Shown here: positions 1 through 15,854 of the stretch, piece after piece
Layout: each line of letters starts with the position of its first letter
Position numbering within the stretch: position 1 is the stretch's first letter
Source: Eledone cirrhosa
Lineage: Eukaryota
Assembly: GCA_964016885.1 (NCBI GenBank)
Contig: OZ024745.1
Coordinates: 6,138,001-6,202,000, forward strand
Direction of reading: 5' to 3'
Length of the DNA stretch: 64,000 nucleotides
The notes under the pieces: model-generated
Database searches by the model: none
What the model was told of the DNA's origin: nothing
The model's input: the letters and a program-made list of their open reading frames with translations, nothing else
Program-made: the position numbers and the translations under genes

Positions 1-3000
1 TCCCAGGCCATGTAACACAATATACACCTTCCCAGACCATATAACACAATATACATCTTCCCAGGCCATATAACACAATATACACCTTCCCAGGCCATGT
101 AACACAATATACACCTTCCCAGGCCATGTAACACAATATACACCTTCCCAGGCCATGTAACACAATATACACCTTCCCAGGCCATATAACACAATATACA
201 AATTCCCAGGCCATATAACACAATATACACCTTCCCAGGCCATATAACACAATACACACCTTCCCAGGCCATGTAACACACAATATACACCTTCCCAGGC
301 CATGTAACACAATATACACCTTCCCAGGCCATGTAACACAATATACACCTTCCCAGGCCATATAACACAATATACACCTTCCCAGACCATATAACACGAT
401 ATACAGCTTCCCAGATCATATAACACAATATACACCTTCTCAGGCCATGTAACACAATATACACCTTCCCAGGCCATATAACACAATATACAACTTCCCA
501 GGCCATATAACACAATATACACCTTCCCAGGCCATGTAACACAATATACACCTTCCCAGACCATATAACACGATATACAACTTCCCAGGCCATATAACAC
601 AACATACACCTTCCCAGGCCATGTAACACAATATACACCTTCCCAGGCCATGTAACACAATATACACCTTCCCAGGCCATATAACACAACATACACCTTC
701 CCAGGCCATGTAACACAATATACACCTTCCCAGGCCATATAACACAATATACACCTTCCCAGGCCATGTAACACAATATACACCTTCCTAGGCCATATAA
801 CACAATATACACCTTCCCAGGCCATGTAACACAATATACACCTTCCCAGGCCATATAATACAATATACACCTTCCCAGACCATATAACACAATACACACC
901 TTCCCAGGCCATGTAACACAATATACACCTTCCCAGGCCATATAACACAATATACACCTTCCCAGGCCATATAACACAACATACACCTTCCCAGGCCATG
1001 TAACACAATATACACCTTCCCAGACCATATAACACAATATACACCTTCCCAGACCATATAACACAATATACACCTTCCCAGACCATATAACACAAAATAC
1101 ACCTTCCCAGACCATATAACACAATATACACCTTCCCAGGCCATATAACACAATATACACCTTTCCAGACCATATAACACAATATAAACCTTCCCAGACC
1201 ATATAACACAATATACACCTTCCCAGGCCATATATCATAATATACACCTTCCCAGACCATATAACACAATATACACCTTCCCAGGCCATATAACACGATA
1301 TACACCTTCCCAGATCATATAACACAATATACACCTTCCCAGGCCATGTAACACGATATACACCTTCCCAGGCCATATAACACAATATACACCTTCCCAG
1401 GCCATATAACACACAATATACACCTTCCCAGACCATATAACACAATATACACCTTCCAAGACCATATAACACAATATAGACCTTCCCAGACCATATAACA
1501 CAATATACACCTTCCCAGGCCATATAACACAATATACACCTTCCCAGGCCAAGTAACGCAATATACATCTTCCTAGACCATTTAACACAATACACAACTT
1601 CCCAGGCCATGTAACACAATATACACCTTCCCAGGCCATATAACACAATATACACCTTCCCAGGCCATATAACACAATATACACCTTCCCAGGCCATATA
1701 ACACAATATACACCTTCCCAGGTCATATAACACAATATACACCTTCCCAGGCCATATAACACAATACACACCTTCCCAGGCCATGTAACACAATATACAC
1801 CTTCCCAGGCCATGTAACACAATATACACCTTCCCAGGCCATGTAACACGATATACACCTTCCCAGACCATATAACACAATATACACCTTCCCAGGCCAC
1901 GTAACACAATATACACCTTCCCAGGCCATGTAACACAATATACACCTTCCCAGGCCATATAACACAATATACACCTTCCCAGGCCATGTAACACAATATA
2001 CACCTTCCAGGCCATATAACACAATATACACCTTCCCAGGCCATGTAACACAATATACACCTTCCCAGGCCATGTAACACAATATACACCTTCCCAGGCC
2101 ATATAACACAATATACACCTTCCCAGACCATTTAACACAATATACACCTTCCCAGGCTATGTAACACAATATACACCTTCCCAGACCATATAACACAATA
2201 TACATCTTCCCAGGCCATATAACACAATATACACCTTCCCAGGCCATGTAACACAATATACACCTTCCCAGGCCATATAACACAATATACACCTTCCCAG
2301 ACCATATAACACAATATACACCTTCCCAGGCCATGTAACACAATATACACCTTCCCAGGCCATATAACACAATATACAACTTCCCAGGCCATATAGCACA
2401 ATATACAGATTCCCAGGCCATATAACACAATATACACCTTCCCAGGCCATGTAACACAATATACACCTTCCCAGGCCATATAAAACAATATACACCTTCC
2501 CAGGCCATATAACACAATATACACCTTCCCAGGCCATGTAACACAATATACACCTTCCCAGACCATATAACACAATATACATCTTCCCAGGCCATATAAC
2601 ACAATATACACCTTCCCAGGCCATGTAACACAATATACACCTTCCCAGGCCATGTAACACAATATACACCTTCCCAGGCCATGTAACACAATATACACCT
2701 TCCCAGGCCATATAACACAATATACAAATTCCCAGGCCATATAACACAATATACACCTTCCCAGGCCATATAACACAATACACACCTTCCCAGGCCATGT
2801 AACACACAATATACACCTTCCCAGGCCATGTAACACAATATACACCTTCCCAGGCCATGTAACACAATATACACCTTCCCAGGCCATATAACACAATATA
2901 CACCTTCCCAGACCATATAACACGATATACAGCTTCCCAGATCATATAACACAATATACACCTTCTCAGGCCATGTAACACAATATACACCTTCCCAGGC

Positions 3001-6000
3001 CATATAACACGATATACACCTTCCAAGACCATGTAACACAATATACACCTTCCCAGGCCATATAACACAATACACACCTTCCCAGGCCATATAACACCAC
3101 ATACACCTTCCCAGACCATATAACACAATACACACCTTCCCAGGCCATATAACACAATATACACCTTCCCAGACCATATAACACAATATACACCTTCCCA
3201 GACCATATGACACAATATACACCTTCCCAGGCCATATAACACAATATACACCTTCCCAGACCATATAACACAATATACTCCTTCCCAGGCCACGTAACAC
3301 AATATACACCTTCCCAGGCCATGTAACACAATATACACCTTCCCAGGCCATATAACACAATATACACCTTCCCAGGCCATGTAACACAATATACACCTTC
3401 CCAGGCCATATAACACAATATACACCTTCCCAGGCCATGTAACACAATATACACCTTCCCAGGCCATGTAACACAATATACACCTTCCCAGGCCATATAA
3501 CACAATATACACCTTCCCAGGCCATGTAACACAACATATACCTTCCCAGGCCATGTAACACAATATACACCTTCCCAGGCCATATAACACAATATACACC
3601 TTCCCAGGCCATGTAACACAATATACACCTTCCCAGGCCATATAACACAATTTACACCTTCCAAAGCCATGTAACACAATATACACCTTCCCAAGCCATG
3701 TAACACAATATAGACCTTCCCAGGCCATATAACACAATATACACCTTCCCAGACCATATAACACAATATACACCTTCCCAGACCATGTAACACAATATAC
3801 ACCTTCCCAGGCCATATAACACAATATACACCTTCCCAGGCCATGTAACACAATATACACCTTCCCTGACCATATAACACAATATACACCTTCCCAGGCC
3901 ATATAACACAATACACACCTTCCCAGGCCATGTAACACAATATACACCTTCCCAGGCCATGTAACACAATATACACCTTCCCAGGCCATGTAACACGATA
4001 TACACCTTCCCAGACCATATAACACAATATACACCTTCCCAGGCCACGTAACACAATATACACCTTCCCAGGCCATGTAACACAATATACACCTTCCCAG
4101 GCCATATAACACAATATACACCTTCCCAGGCCATGTAACACAATATACACCTTCCAGGCCATATAACACAATATACACCTTCCCAGGCCATGTAACACAA
4201 TATACACCTTCCCAGGCCATGTAACACAATATACACCTTCCCAGGCCATATAACACAATATACACCTTCCCAGACCATTTAACACAATATACACCTTCCC
4301 AGGCTATGTAACACAATATACACCTTCCCAGACCATATAACACAATATACATCTTCCCAGGCCATATAACACAATATACACCTTCCCAGGCCATGTAACA
4401 CAATATACACCTTCCCAGGCCATGTAACACAATATACACCTTCCCAGGCCATGTAACACGATATACACCTTCCCAGACCATATAACACAATATACACCTT
4501 CCCAGGCCACGTAACACAATATACACCTTCCCAGGCCATGTAACACAATATACACCTTCCCAGGCCATATAACACAATATACACCTTCCCAGGCCATGTA
4601 ACACAATATACACCTTCCAGGCCATATAACACAATATACACCTTCCCAGGCCATGTAACACAATATACACCTTCCCAGGCCATGTAACACAATATACACC
4701 TTCCCAGGCCATATAACACAATATACACCTTCCCAGACCATTTAACACAATATACACCTTCCCAGGCTATGTAACACAATATACACCTTCCCAGACCATA
4801 TAACACAATATACATCTTCCCAGGCCATATAACACAATATACACCTTCCCAGGCCATGTAACACAATATACACCTTCCCAGGCCATATAACACAATATAC
4901 ACCTTCCCAGACCATATAACACAATATACACCTTCCCAGGCCATGTAACACAATATACACCTTCCCAGGCCATATAACACAATATACAACTTCCCAGGCC
5001 ATATAGCACAATATACAGATTCCCAGGCCATATAACACAATATACACCTTCCCAGGCCATGTAACACAATATACACCTTCCCAGGCCATATAAAACAATA
5101 TACACCTTCCCAGGCCATATAACACAATATACACCTTCCCAGGCCATGTAACACAATATACACCTTCCCAGACCATATAACACAATATACATCTTCCCAG
5201 GCCATATAACACAATATACACCTTCCCAGGCCATGTAACACAATATACACCTTCCCAGGCCATGTAACACAATATACAACTTCCCAGGCCATATAACACA
5301 ATATACACCTTCCCAGGCCATGTAACACAATATACACCTTCCCAGACCATATAACACGATATACAACTTCCCAGGCCATATAACACAACATACACCTTCC
5401 CAGGCCATGTAACACAATATACACCTTCCCAGGCCATGTAACACAATATACACCTTCCCAGGCCATATAACACAACATACACCTTCCCAGGCCATGTAAC
5501 ACAATATACACCTTCCCAGGCCATATAACACAATATACACCTTCCCAGGCCATGTAACACAATATACACCTTCCTAGGCCATATAACACAATATACACCT
5601 TCCCAGGCCATGTAACACAATATACACCTTCCCAGGCCATATAACACAATATACACCTTCCCAGACCATATAACACAATACACACCTTCCCAGGCCATGT
5701 AACACAATATACACCTTCCCAGGCCATATAACACAATATACACCTTCCCAGGCCATATAACACAACATACACCTTCCCAGGCCATGTAACACAATATACA
5801 CCTTCCCAGACCATATAACACAATATACACCTTCCCAGACCATATAACACAATATACACCTTCCCAGACCATATAACACAAAATACACCTTCCCAGACCA
5901 TATAACACAATATACACCTTCCCAGGCCATATAACACAATATACACCTTTCCAGACCATATAACACAATATAAACCTTCCCAGACCATATAACACAATAT

Positions 6001-9000
6001 ACACCTTCCCAGGCCATATATCATAATATACACCTTCCCAGACCATATAACACAATATACACCTTCCCAGGCCATATAACACGATATACACCTTCCCAGA
6101 TCATATAACACAATATACACCTTCCCAGGCCATGTAACACGATATACACCTTCCCAGGCCATATAACACAATATACACCTTCCCAGGCCATATAACACAC
6201 AGTATACACCTTCCCAGACCATATAACACAATATACACCTTCCAAGACCATATAACACAATATAGACCTTCCCAGACCATATAACACAATATACACCTTC
6301 CCAGGCCATATAACACAATATACACCTTCCCAGGCCAAGTAACGCAATATACATCTTCCTAGACCATTTAACACAATACACAACTTCCCAGGCCATGTAA
6401 CACAATATACACCTTCCCAGGCCATATAACACAATATACACCTTCCCAGGCCATATAACACAATATACACCTTCCCAGGCCATATAACACAATATACACC
6501 TTCCCAGGTCATATAACACAATATACACCTTCCCAAGCCATATAACACAATATACACCTTCCCAGGCCATATAACACAATACACACCTTCCCAGGCCATG
6601 TAACACACCAGATACACCTTCCCAGGCCATGTAACACAATATACACCTTCCCAGGCCATATAACACAATATACAAATTCCCAGGCCATATAACACAATAT
6701 ACACCTTCCCAGGCCATATAACACAATACACACCTTCCCAGGCCATGTAACACACAATATACACCTTCCCAGGCCATGTAACACAATATACACCTTCCCA
6801 GGCCATGTAACACAATATACACCTTCCCAGGCCATATAACACAATATACACCTTCCCAGACCATATAACACGATATACAGCTTCCCAGATCATATAACAC
6901 AATATACACCTTCTCAGGCCATGTAACACAATATACACCTTCCCAGGCCATATAACACGATATACACCTTCCAAGACCATGTAACACAATATACACCTTC
7001 CCAGGCCATATAACACAATACACACCTTCCCAGGCCATATAACACCACATACACCTTCCCAGACCATATAACACAATACACACCTTCCCAGGCCATATAA
7101 CACAATATACACCTTCCCAGACCATATAACACAATATACACCTTCCCAGACCATATGACACAATATACACCTTCCCAGGCCATATAACACAATATACACC
7201 TTCCCAGACCATATAACACAATATACACCTTCCCAGGCCACGTAACACAATATACACCTTCCCAGGCCATGTAACACAATATACACCTTCCCAGGCCATA
7301 TAACACAATATACACCTTCCCAGGCCATGTAACACAATATACACCTTCCCAGGCCATATAACACAATATACACCTTCCCAGGCCATGTAACACAATATAC
7401 ACCTTCCCAGGCCATGTAACACAATATACACCTTCCCAGGCCATATAACACAATATACACCTTCCCAGGCCATGTAACACAACATATACCTTCCCAGGCC
7501 ATGTAACACAATATACACCTTCCCAGGCCATATAACACAATATACACCTTCCCAGGCCATGTAACACAATATACACCTTCCCAGGCCATATAACACAATT
7601 TACACCTTCCAAAGCCATGTAACACAATATACACCTTCCCAGGCCATGTAACACAATATAGACCTTCCCAGGCCATATAGCACAATATACACCTTCCCAG
7701 ACCATATAACACAATATACACCTTCCCAGACCATGTAACACAATATACACCTTCCCAGGCCATATAACACAATATACACCTTCCCAGGCCATGTAACACA
7801 ATATACACCTTCCCAGACCATATAACACAATATACACCTTCCCAGGCCATGTAACACAATATACACCTTCCCAGGCCATATGACACAATATACACCTTCC
7901 CAGGCCATATAACACAATATACACCTTCCCAGCCCATGTAACACAATATACACCTTCCCAGACCATATAACACAATATACATCTTCCCAGGCCATATAGC
8001 ACAATATACACCTTCCCAGGCCATGTAACACAATATACACCTTCCCAGGCCATATAAAACAATATACACCTTCCCAGGCCATATAACACAATATACACCT
8101 TCCCAGGCCATGTAACACAATATACACCTTCCCAGACCATATAACACAATATACATCTTCCCAGGCCATATAACACAATATACACCTTCCCAGGCCATGT
8201 AACACAATATACACCTTCCCAGGCCATATAACACAATATACACCTTCCCAGACCATATAACACAATATACACCTTCCCAGGTCATGTAACACAATATACA
8301 CCTTCCCAGGCCATATAACACAATATACAACTTCCCAGGCCATGTAACACAATATACACCTTCCCAGACCATATAACACAATATACACCTTCCCAGGCCA
8401 TATAACACAATACACACCTTCCCAGGCCATGTAACACAATATACACCTTCCCAGGCCATGTAACACAATATACACCTTCCCAGGCCATGTAACACGATAT
8501 ACACCTTCCCAGACCATATAACACAATATACACCTTCCCAGGCCACGTAACACAATATACACCTTCCCAGGCCATGTAACACAATATACACCTTCCCAGG
8601 CCATATAACACAATATACACCTTCCCAGGCCATGTAACACAATATACACCTTCCCAGGCCATGTAACACAATATACACCTTCCCAGGCCATATAACACAA
8701 TATACACCTTCCCAGGCCATGTAACACAATATACACCTTCCCAGGCCATGTAACACAATATACACCTTCCCAGGCCATATAACACAATATACACCTTCCA
8801 AGGCCATGTAACACAATATACAGCTTCCCAGGCCATGTAACACAATATACACCTTCCCAGGCCATATAACACAATATACACCTTCCCAGGCCATGTAACA
8901 CAATATACACCTTCCCAGGCCATATAACACAATATACACCTTCCCAGGCCATGTAACACAATATACACCTTCCCAGGCCATGTAACACAATATACAACTT

Positions 9001-12000
9001 CCCAGGCCATATAACACAATATACACCTTCCCAGACCATATAACACAATATACACCTTCCCATGCCATGTAACACAATATACACCTTCCCAGGCCATATA
9101 ACACAATATACACCTTCCCAGGCCATGTAACACAATATACACCTTCCCAGACCATATAACACAATATACATCTTCCCAGGCCATATAACACAATATACAC
9201 CTTTCCAGACCATATAACACAATATACACCTTCCCAGACCATATAACACAATATACACCTTCCCAGGCCATATAACACGATATACACCTTCCCAGACCAT
9301 GTAACACAATATACACCTTCCCAGGCCATATAACACAATATACACCTTCCCAGGCCATGTAACACAATATACACCTTCCTAGGCCATATAACACAATATA
9401 CACCTTCCCAGGCCATGTAACACAATATACACCTTCCCAGGCCATATAACACAATATACACCTTCCCAGACCATATAACACAATACACACCTTCCCAGGC
9501 CATGTAACACAATATACACCTTCCCAGGCCATGTAACACAATATACACCTTCCCAGGCCATATAACACAACATACACCTTCCCAGGCCATGTAACACAAT
9601 ATACACCTTCCCAGGCCATGTAACACAATATACACCTTCCCAGGCCATATAACACAATATACACCTTCCCAGGCCATATAACACAACATACACCTTCCCA
9701 GGCCATGTAACACAATATACACCTTCCCAGGCCATGTAACACAATATACACCTTCCCAGGCCATGTAACACAATATACACCTTCCCAGACCATATAACAC
9801 AATATACACCTTCCCAGGCCATGTAACACAATATACACCTTCCCAGGCCATATAACACAATATACACCTTCCCAGGCCATGTAACACAATATACACCTTC
9901 CCAGGCCATGTAACACAATATACACCTTCCCAGGCCATATAACACAATATACACCTTCCCAGGCCATGTAACACAATATACACCTTCCCAGACCATATAA
10001 CACGATATACAACTTCCCAGGCCATATAACACAACATACACCTTCCCAGGCCATGTAACACAATATACACCTTCCCAGGCCATGTAACACAATATACACC
10101 TTCCCAGGCCATATAACACAACATACACCTTCCCAGGCCATGTAACACAATATACACCTTCCCAGGCCATATAACACAATATACACCTTCCCAGGCCATG
10201 TAACACAATATACACCTTCCTAGGCCATATAACACAATATACACCTTCCCAGGCCATGTAACACAATATACACCTTCCCAGGCCATATAACACAATATAC
10301 ACCTTCCCAGACCATATAACACAATACACACCTTCCCAGGCCATGTAACACAATATACACCTTCCCAGGCCATATAACACAATATACACCTTCCCAGGCC
10401 ATATAACACAACATACACCTTCCCAGGCCATGTAACACAATATACACCTTCCCAGACCATATAACACAATATACACCTTCCCAGACCATATAACACAATA
10501 TACACCTTCCCAGACCATATAACACAAAATACACCTTCCCAGACCATATAACACAATATACACCTTCCCAGGCCATATAACACAATATACACCTTTCCAG
10601 ACCATATAACACAATATACACCTTCCCAGACCATATAACACAATATACACCTTCCCAGGCCATATATCATAATATACACCTTCCCAGACCATATAACACA
10701 ATATACACCTTCCCAGGCCATATAACACGATATACACCTTCCCAGATCATATAACACAATATACACCTTCCCAGGCCATGTAACACGATATACACCTTCC
10801 CAGGCCATATAACACAATATACACCTTCCCAGGCCATATAACACACAATATACACCTTCCCAGACCATATAACACAATATACACCTTCCCAGACCATATA
10901 ACACAATATAGACCTTCCCAGACCATATAACACAATATACACCTTCCCAGGCCATATAACACAATATACACCTTCCCAGGCCAAGTAACGCAATATACAC
11001 CTTCCTAGACCATTTAACACAATACACAACTTCCCAGGCCATGTAACACAATATACACCTTCCCAGGCCATATAACACAATATACACCTTCCCAGGCCAT
11101 ATAACACAATATACACCTTCCCAGGCCATATAACACAATATACACCTTCCCAGGCCATATAACACAATATACACCTTCCCAAGCCATATAACACAATATA
11201 CACCTTCCCAGGCCATATAACACAATACACACCTTCCCAGGCCATGTAACACACCAGATACACCTTCCCAGGCCATGTAACACAATATACACCTTCCCAG
11301 GCCATATAACACAATATACAAATTCCCAGGCCATATAACACAATATACACCTTCCCAGGCCATATAACACAATACACACCTTCCCAGGCCATGTAACACA
11401 CAATATACACCTTCCCAGGCCATGTAACACAATATACACCTTCCCAGGCCATGTAACACAATATACACCTTCCCAGGCCATATAACACAATATACACCTT
11501 CCCAGACCATATAACACGATATACAGCTTCCCAGATCATATAACACAATATACACCTTCCCAGGCCATGTAACACAATATACACCTTCCCAGGCCATATA
11601 ACACGATATACACCTACCAAGACCATGTAACACAATATACACCTTCCCAGGCCATATAACACAATACACACCTTCCCAGGCCATATAACACCACATACAC
11701 CTTCCCAGACCATATAACACAATACACACCTTCCCAGGCCATATAACACAATATACACCTTCCCAGACCATATAACACAATATACACCTTCCCAGACCAT
11801 ATGACACAATATACACCTTCCCAGGCCATATAACACAATATACACCTTCCCAGACCATATAACACAATATACACCTTCCCAGGCCACGTAACACAATATA
11901 CACCTTCCCAGGCCATGTAACACAATATACACCTTCCCAGGCCATATAACACAATATACACCTTCCCAGGCCATGTAACACAATATACACCTTCCCAGGC

Positions 12001-13103
12001 CATATAACACAATATACACCTTCCCAGGCCATGTAACACAATATACACCTTCCCAGGCCATGTAACACAATATACACCTTCCCAGGCCATATAACACAAT
12101 ATACACCTTCCCAGGCCATGTAACACAATATATACCTTCCCAGGCCATGTAACACAATATACACCTTCCCAGGCCATATAACACAATATACACCTTCCCA
12201 GGCCATGTAACACAATATACACCTTCCCAGGCCATATAACACAATTTACACCTTCCAAAGCCATGTAACACAATATACACCTTCCCAGGCCATGTAACAC
12301 AATATAGACCTTCCCAGGCCATATAACACAATATACATCTTCCCAGACCATATAACACAATATACACCTTCCCAGGCCATGTAACACAATATACACCTTC
12401 CTAGGCCATATAACACAATATACACCTTCCCAGGCCATGTAACACAATATACACCTTCCCAGGCCATATAACACAATATACACCTTCCCAGACCATATAA
12501 CACAATACACACCTTCCCAGGCCATGTAACACAATATACACCTTCCCAGGCCATATAACACAATATACACCTTCCCAGGCCATATAACACAACATACACC
12601 TTCCCAGGCCATGTAACACAATATACACCTTCCCAGACCATATAACACAATATACACCTTCCCAGACCATATAACACAATATACACCTTCCCAGACCATA
12701 TAACACAAAATACACCTTACCAGACCATATAACACAATATACACCTTCCCAGGCCATATAACACAATATACACCTTTCCAGACCATATAACACAATATAC
12801 ACCTTCCCAGACCATATAACACAATATACACCTTCCCAGGCCATATATCATAATATACACCTTCCCAGACCATATAACACAATATACACCTTCCCAGGCC
12901 ATATAACACGATATACACCTTCCCAGATCATATAACACAATATACACCTTCCCAGGCCATGTAACACGATATACACCTTCCCAGGCCATATAACACAATA
13001 TACACCTTCCCAGGCCATATAACACACAATATACACCTTCCCAGACCATATAACACAATATACACCTTCCCAGACCATATAACACAATATAGACCTTCCC
13101 AGA
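1..13103. repeat. 29-bp tandem satellite (~450 copies; continues beyond window start)
   Basis: Unit CCAGGCCAT(A/G)TAACACAATATACACCTTC repeated head to tail. The 29-aa periodicity of the minus-strand ORFs equals 3 x 29 bp. Confidence 0.99.
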
Positions 13104-13537
13104 CAAAATCCACGCACCCCACTCTGTAAGATGGTAGTGTTGGTGCCATGACAAAAGCCACCCACCCCACTCTGTAAGATGGTAGTGTTGGTGCCATGAC
13201 AAAAGCCACCCACCCCACCCTGTAAGATGGTAGTGTTGGTGTCATGACAAAAGCCACCCACCCCACTCTGTAAGATGGTAGTGTTGGTGCCATGACAAAA
13301 GCCACCCACCCCACTCTGTAAGATGGTAGTGTTGGTGCCATGACAAAAGCCACCCACCCCACTCTGTAAGATGGTAGTGTTGGTGCCATGACAAAAGCCA
13401 CCCACCCCACTCTGTAAGATGGTAGTGTTGGTGCCATGACAAAAGCCACCCACCCCACCCTGTAAGATGGTAGTGTTGGTGCCATGACAAAAGCCATCCA
13501 CCCCACCCTGTAAGATGGTAGTGTTGGTGCCATGACA
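13104..13537. repeat. 48-bp minisatellite (~9 copies)
   Basis: CCCCACTCTGTAAGATGGTAGTGTTGGTGCCATGACAAAAGCCACCCA starts at 13117, 13165, 13213 ... 13501 and directly abuts the 29-bp satellite. Confidence 0.98.
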
Positions 13538-13608
13538 CATAGAACAAACAACCAACCGGTAACATGTAAATAAACAAATAAATAAACAAATATAAACACA
13601 CACAGACA

Positions 13609-13667
13609 CCCGGATGTGGCGCATGCGCAGACTGAGCACACAACACACACACAGAAACAAAATGGCG
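13609..13667. promoter_or_regulatory. Putative promoter motif cluster (ETS-, NRF1- and YY1-like)
   Basis: CCGGATGT, GCGCATGCGC and CAAAATGGCG lie within 60 bp, just upstream of an HHR. GCGCATGCGC recurs in the PLE UTR at 46961. Confidence 0.35.
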
Positions 13668-13719
13668 TAGGACAGAACAAAGGAGAGGCACAAAAACAAA
13701 GAGAAGAAAAGAATCCCCA

Positions 13720-13762
13720 GTCACTGAAGAGGTCACAGAATGTGTGACGAAAGAACTTTGAC
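13720..13762 (+). ncRNA. Type I hammerhead ribozyme motif
   Basis: gtca-CTGAAGA-g-gtcaca gaatg tgtgac-GAAA-gaac-TT-tgac: stem I gtca/tgac, 6-bp stem II, minimal stem III. Confidence 0.75.
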
Positions 13763-13908
13763 AATATATAAACAACTATCTGGTTGTGGAACCAACCAAC
13801 CAACCAGAAATTTATAAATTCCTAAATTTATAAATTTATTATAATAAATTGAAGTGAAAGCAACTGGTGCGTGTGTTTCTTATTGGCAACATGACCCTCC
13901 CAAAGTAT

Positions 13909-13961
<53 letters not shown>

Positions 13962-13968
<7 letters not shown>

Positions 13969-14369
13969 AATTAAAAAGAACAGAAAGATGCAGTAAAAGA
14001 GATTTATTCGGTTCTTACATACGTTTCAATAGACATCTATTTGCCTAGATCTCGCTACATCTATAATATTATATATTTAGTAGAGCATTCGATATCCAAT
14101 GCACAATCGATCTCATATCATCAGAGATTATAATCTCTGATGATAGGCAAATAGATGTCTATCGAAACGTACGTAAGAACCGAATAAATCTCTTTTACTG
14201 CATCTTTCTGTTCTTTTTAATTCTTTATACACGCCCCGGAATATAGCTAAACTGGAATATACACCTTTTTTCTGCATTTCGTTGAACACCACTCTGTTGT
14301 AAGCTGACATCCCACTACACGGTACATAACACTGTGTCCTGGAAAACATTAATGCACTCGTGCATAACC

Positions 14370-14372
<3 letters not shown>
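13962..14372 (+). mobile_element. PLE-terminus-like inverted-repeat insertion in (TA)n
   Basis: 13965-14046 is the reverse complement of 14144-14228. Central palindrome tatcatcagagattataatctctgatgata; the left arm is interrupted by ~70 bp; (TA)n on both sides. Confidence 0.7.
14134..14178 (+). ncRNA. Minimal type I hammerhead ribozyme motif
   Basis: tct-CTGATGA-taggca aataga tgtcta tc-GAAA-cgtacg-TA-aga, with palindromic stem III ACGTACGT. Confidence 0.7.
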
Positions 14373-14442
<70 letters not shown>

Positions 14443-14523
14443 GTATTAGGATTGGTGCTCTGAAATAGCGATGCATACATGAATGTATGTATAGTATATT
14501 TAGCAATATATCGTAGAGTGCGT

Positions 14524-14565
14524 GGCTCTGATGAACGCCAACCAGCGGGAAACAGACTGTCAGCT
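14524..14565 (+). ncRNA. Minimal type I hammerhead ribozyme motif (GUC site)
   Basis: ggct-CTGATGA-a cgc caacca gcg g-GAAA-cagactg-TC-agct; intact core, self-complementary stem III ACAGaCTGT. Confidence 0.8.
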
Positions 14566-15701
14566 TCTCTCCCTTCTTTCGCCGAAAAGAAGTAAGTGGC
14601 ATAGTCACTACTTTAAAACTGATAGCGTAAGGTCTTCTAAATATTTTTAATTAAACATACGGTATATTGCCAAACATATTATATATAATTCATGTATATA
14701 TTTGTTATTTTCTAGAAGGTGTTGATTGTGCTCACACCTGGTAAGAGATGGAGTCCTCCAGGTTTACAATGGCCAAGACACACCAAATATTACTCCGGCG
14801 CTCCTACGACTCCATACATATATATTTTGTAATGTCTGGAATACTTCTTGGAATGTTGTTCCTTCCAATCGTTTTCTTCTTTATTTCCAACAGTCTGTCA
14901 ATGACCAACCCTTTGCCACTATATTACACCAAAACAATATTCCACTTCTCTCTGTCTTAAATTCCTTTTTATTTCATCTTTTACTTCATATTTTTTAGTA
15001 TATATCATTTACAATTTCGTTTCGTTTCAAAACGCCTCACGCCTTTTATAATGATTGATTGATTGTGATTTTGCGAGAATCTCTCGCCATAGATACTCTT
15101 TCATTCACTTAAATTATACTTTTGTAAAATTTCTCTCTTTATTTTACATCTATTGTTATTTTCTTTCTGATCTCATTAATGATTTTTAAAATTCTTTATT
15201 TTCTGTCTTTCTCTGTTAATTATTCAGGCTGTTTCACTTTAAACACTCAAGATATAATCTGGAAGATAGGTCTTAGTTTTTCAATGTTTATACATTTTCT
15301 CTTCTTCTTTATGTGTTTATTATTCTATTTTCGTTGTCTTTTTGTTTTTACTTTCATTTTATATTCTTTCAAGTGTTTTTTACATGTCTGATATATTTTT
15401 ACCTTTAAATCTTCTTAAATTATCTGTTGGGATCAAAAGTCTAGATCAGAGTTATTTTCTCTTTAGTTATTTATTATATGTGTATGTTATTGTTGTTTCG
15501 CCTGATGTGTAGCAGGGGTCTACGGTCTAGACCCTCCCTGCTGATCTATGATTAACAACGTTCCAGTCATAACCACCCTGTCAGATTTCCAATCATAGCT
15601 TATCGAGGGATGCGTAATTCAATGTTTATAACGGCAGGATGCAATTTGAAGGAAATTTGGCTGCGTTTACTAGCAGGTCAAGCAACCACGTAGAGGTCTA
15701 G

Positions 15702-15745
<44 letters not shown>

Positions 15746-15854
15746 CAACGTGTTGGTAATATATTTATCCTCTGTTGTAGCTAATGACAGAATCAGTAAT
15801 AAACAGGACAAAAGATATTTTGGAAGAAAACTAATAATTTTTTTTGGGGGGGGG

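Noticed and set aside
1-13537. CRISPR-like appearance of 29- and 48-bp repeats
   Set aside because: No unique spacers, no cas genes, eukaryotic context.
440-13803. Very long minus-strand ORFs (up to 2073 aa)
   Set aside because: The repeat units lack stop codons on that strand; all three frames give the same periodic peptide.
14257-14268. 12-mer AATATACACCTT shared with the 29-bp satellite
   Set aside because: Too short and AT-rich to imply ancestry.
14716-14740. 25-bp micro-exon candidate (ttctag|...|gtaaga)
   Set aside because: Splice-like signals alone are expected by chance; no supporting exons.
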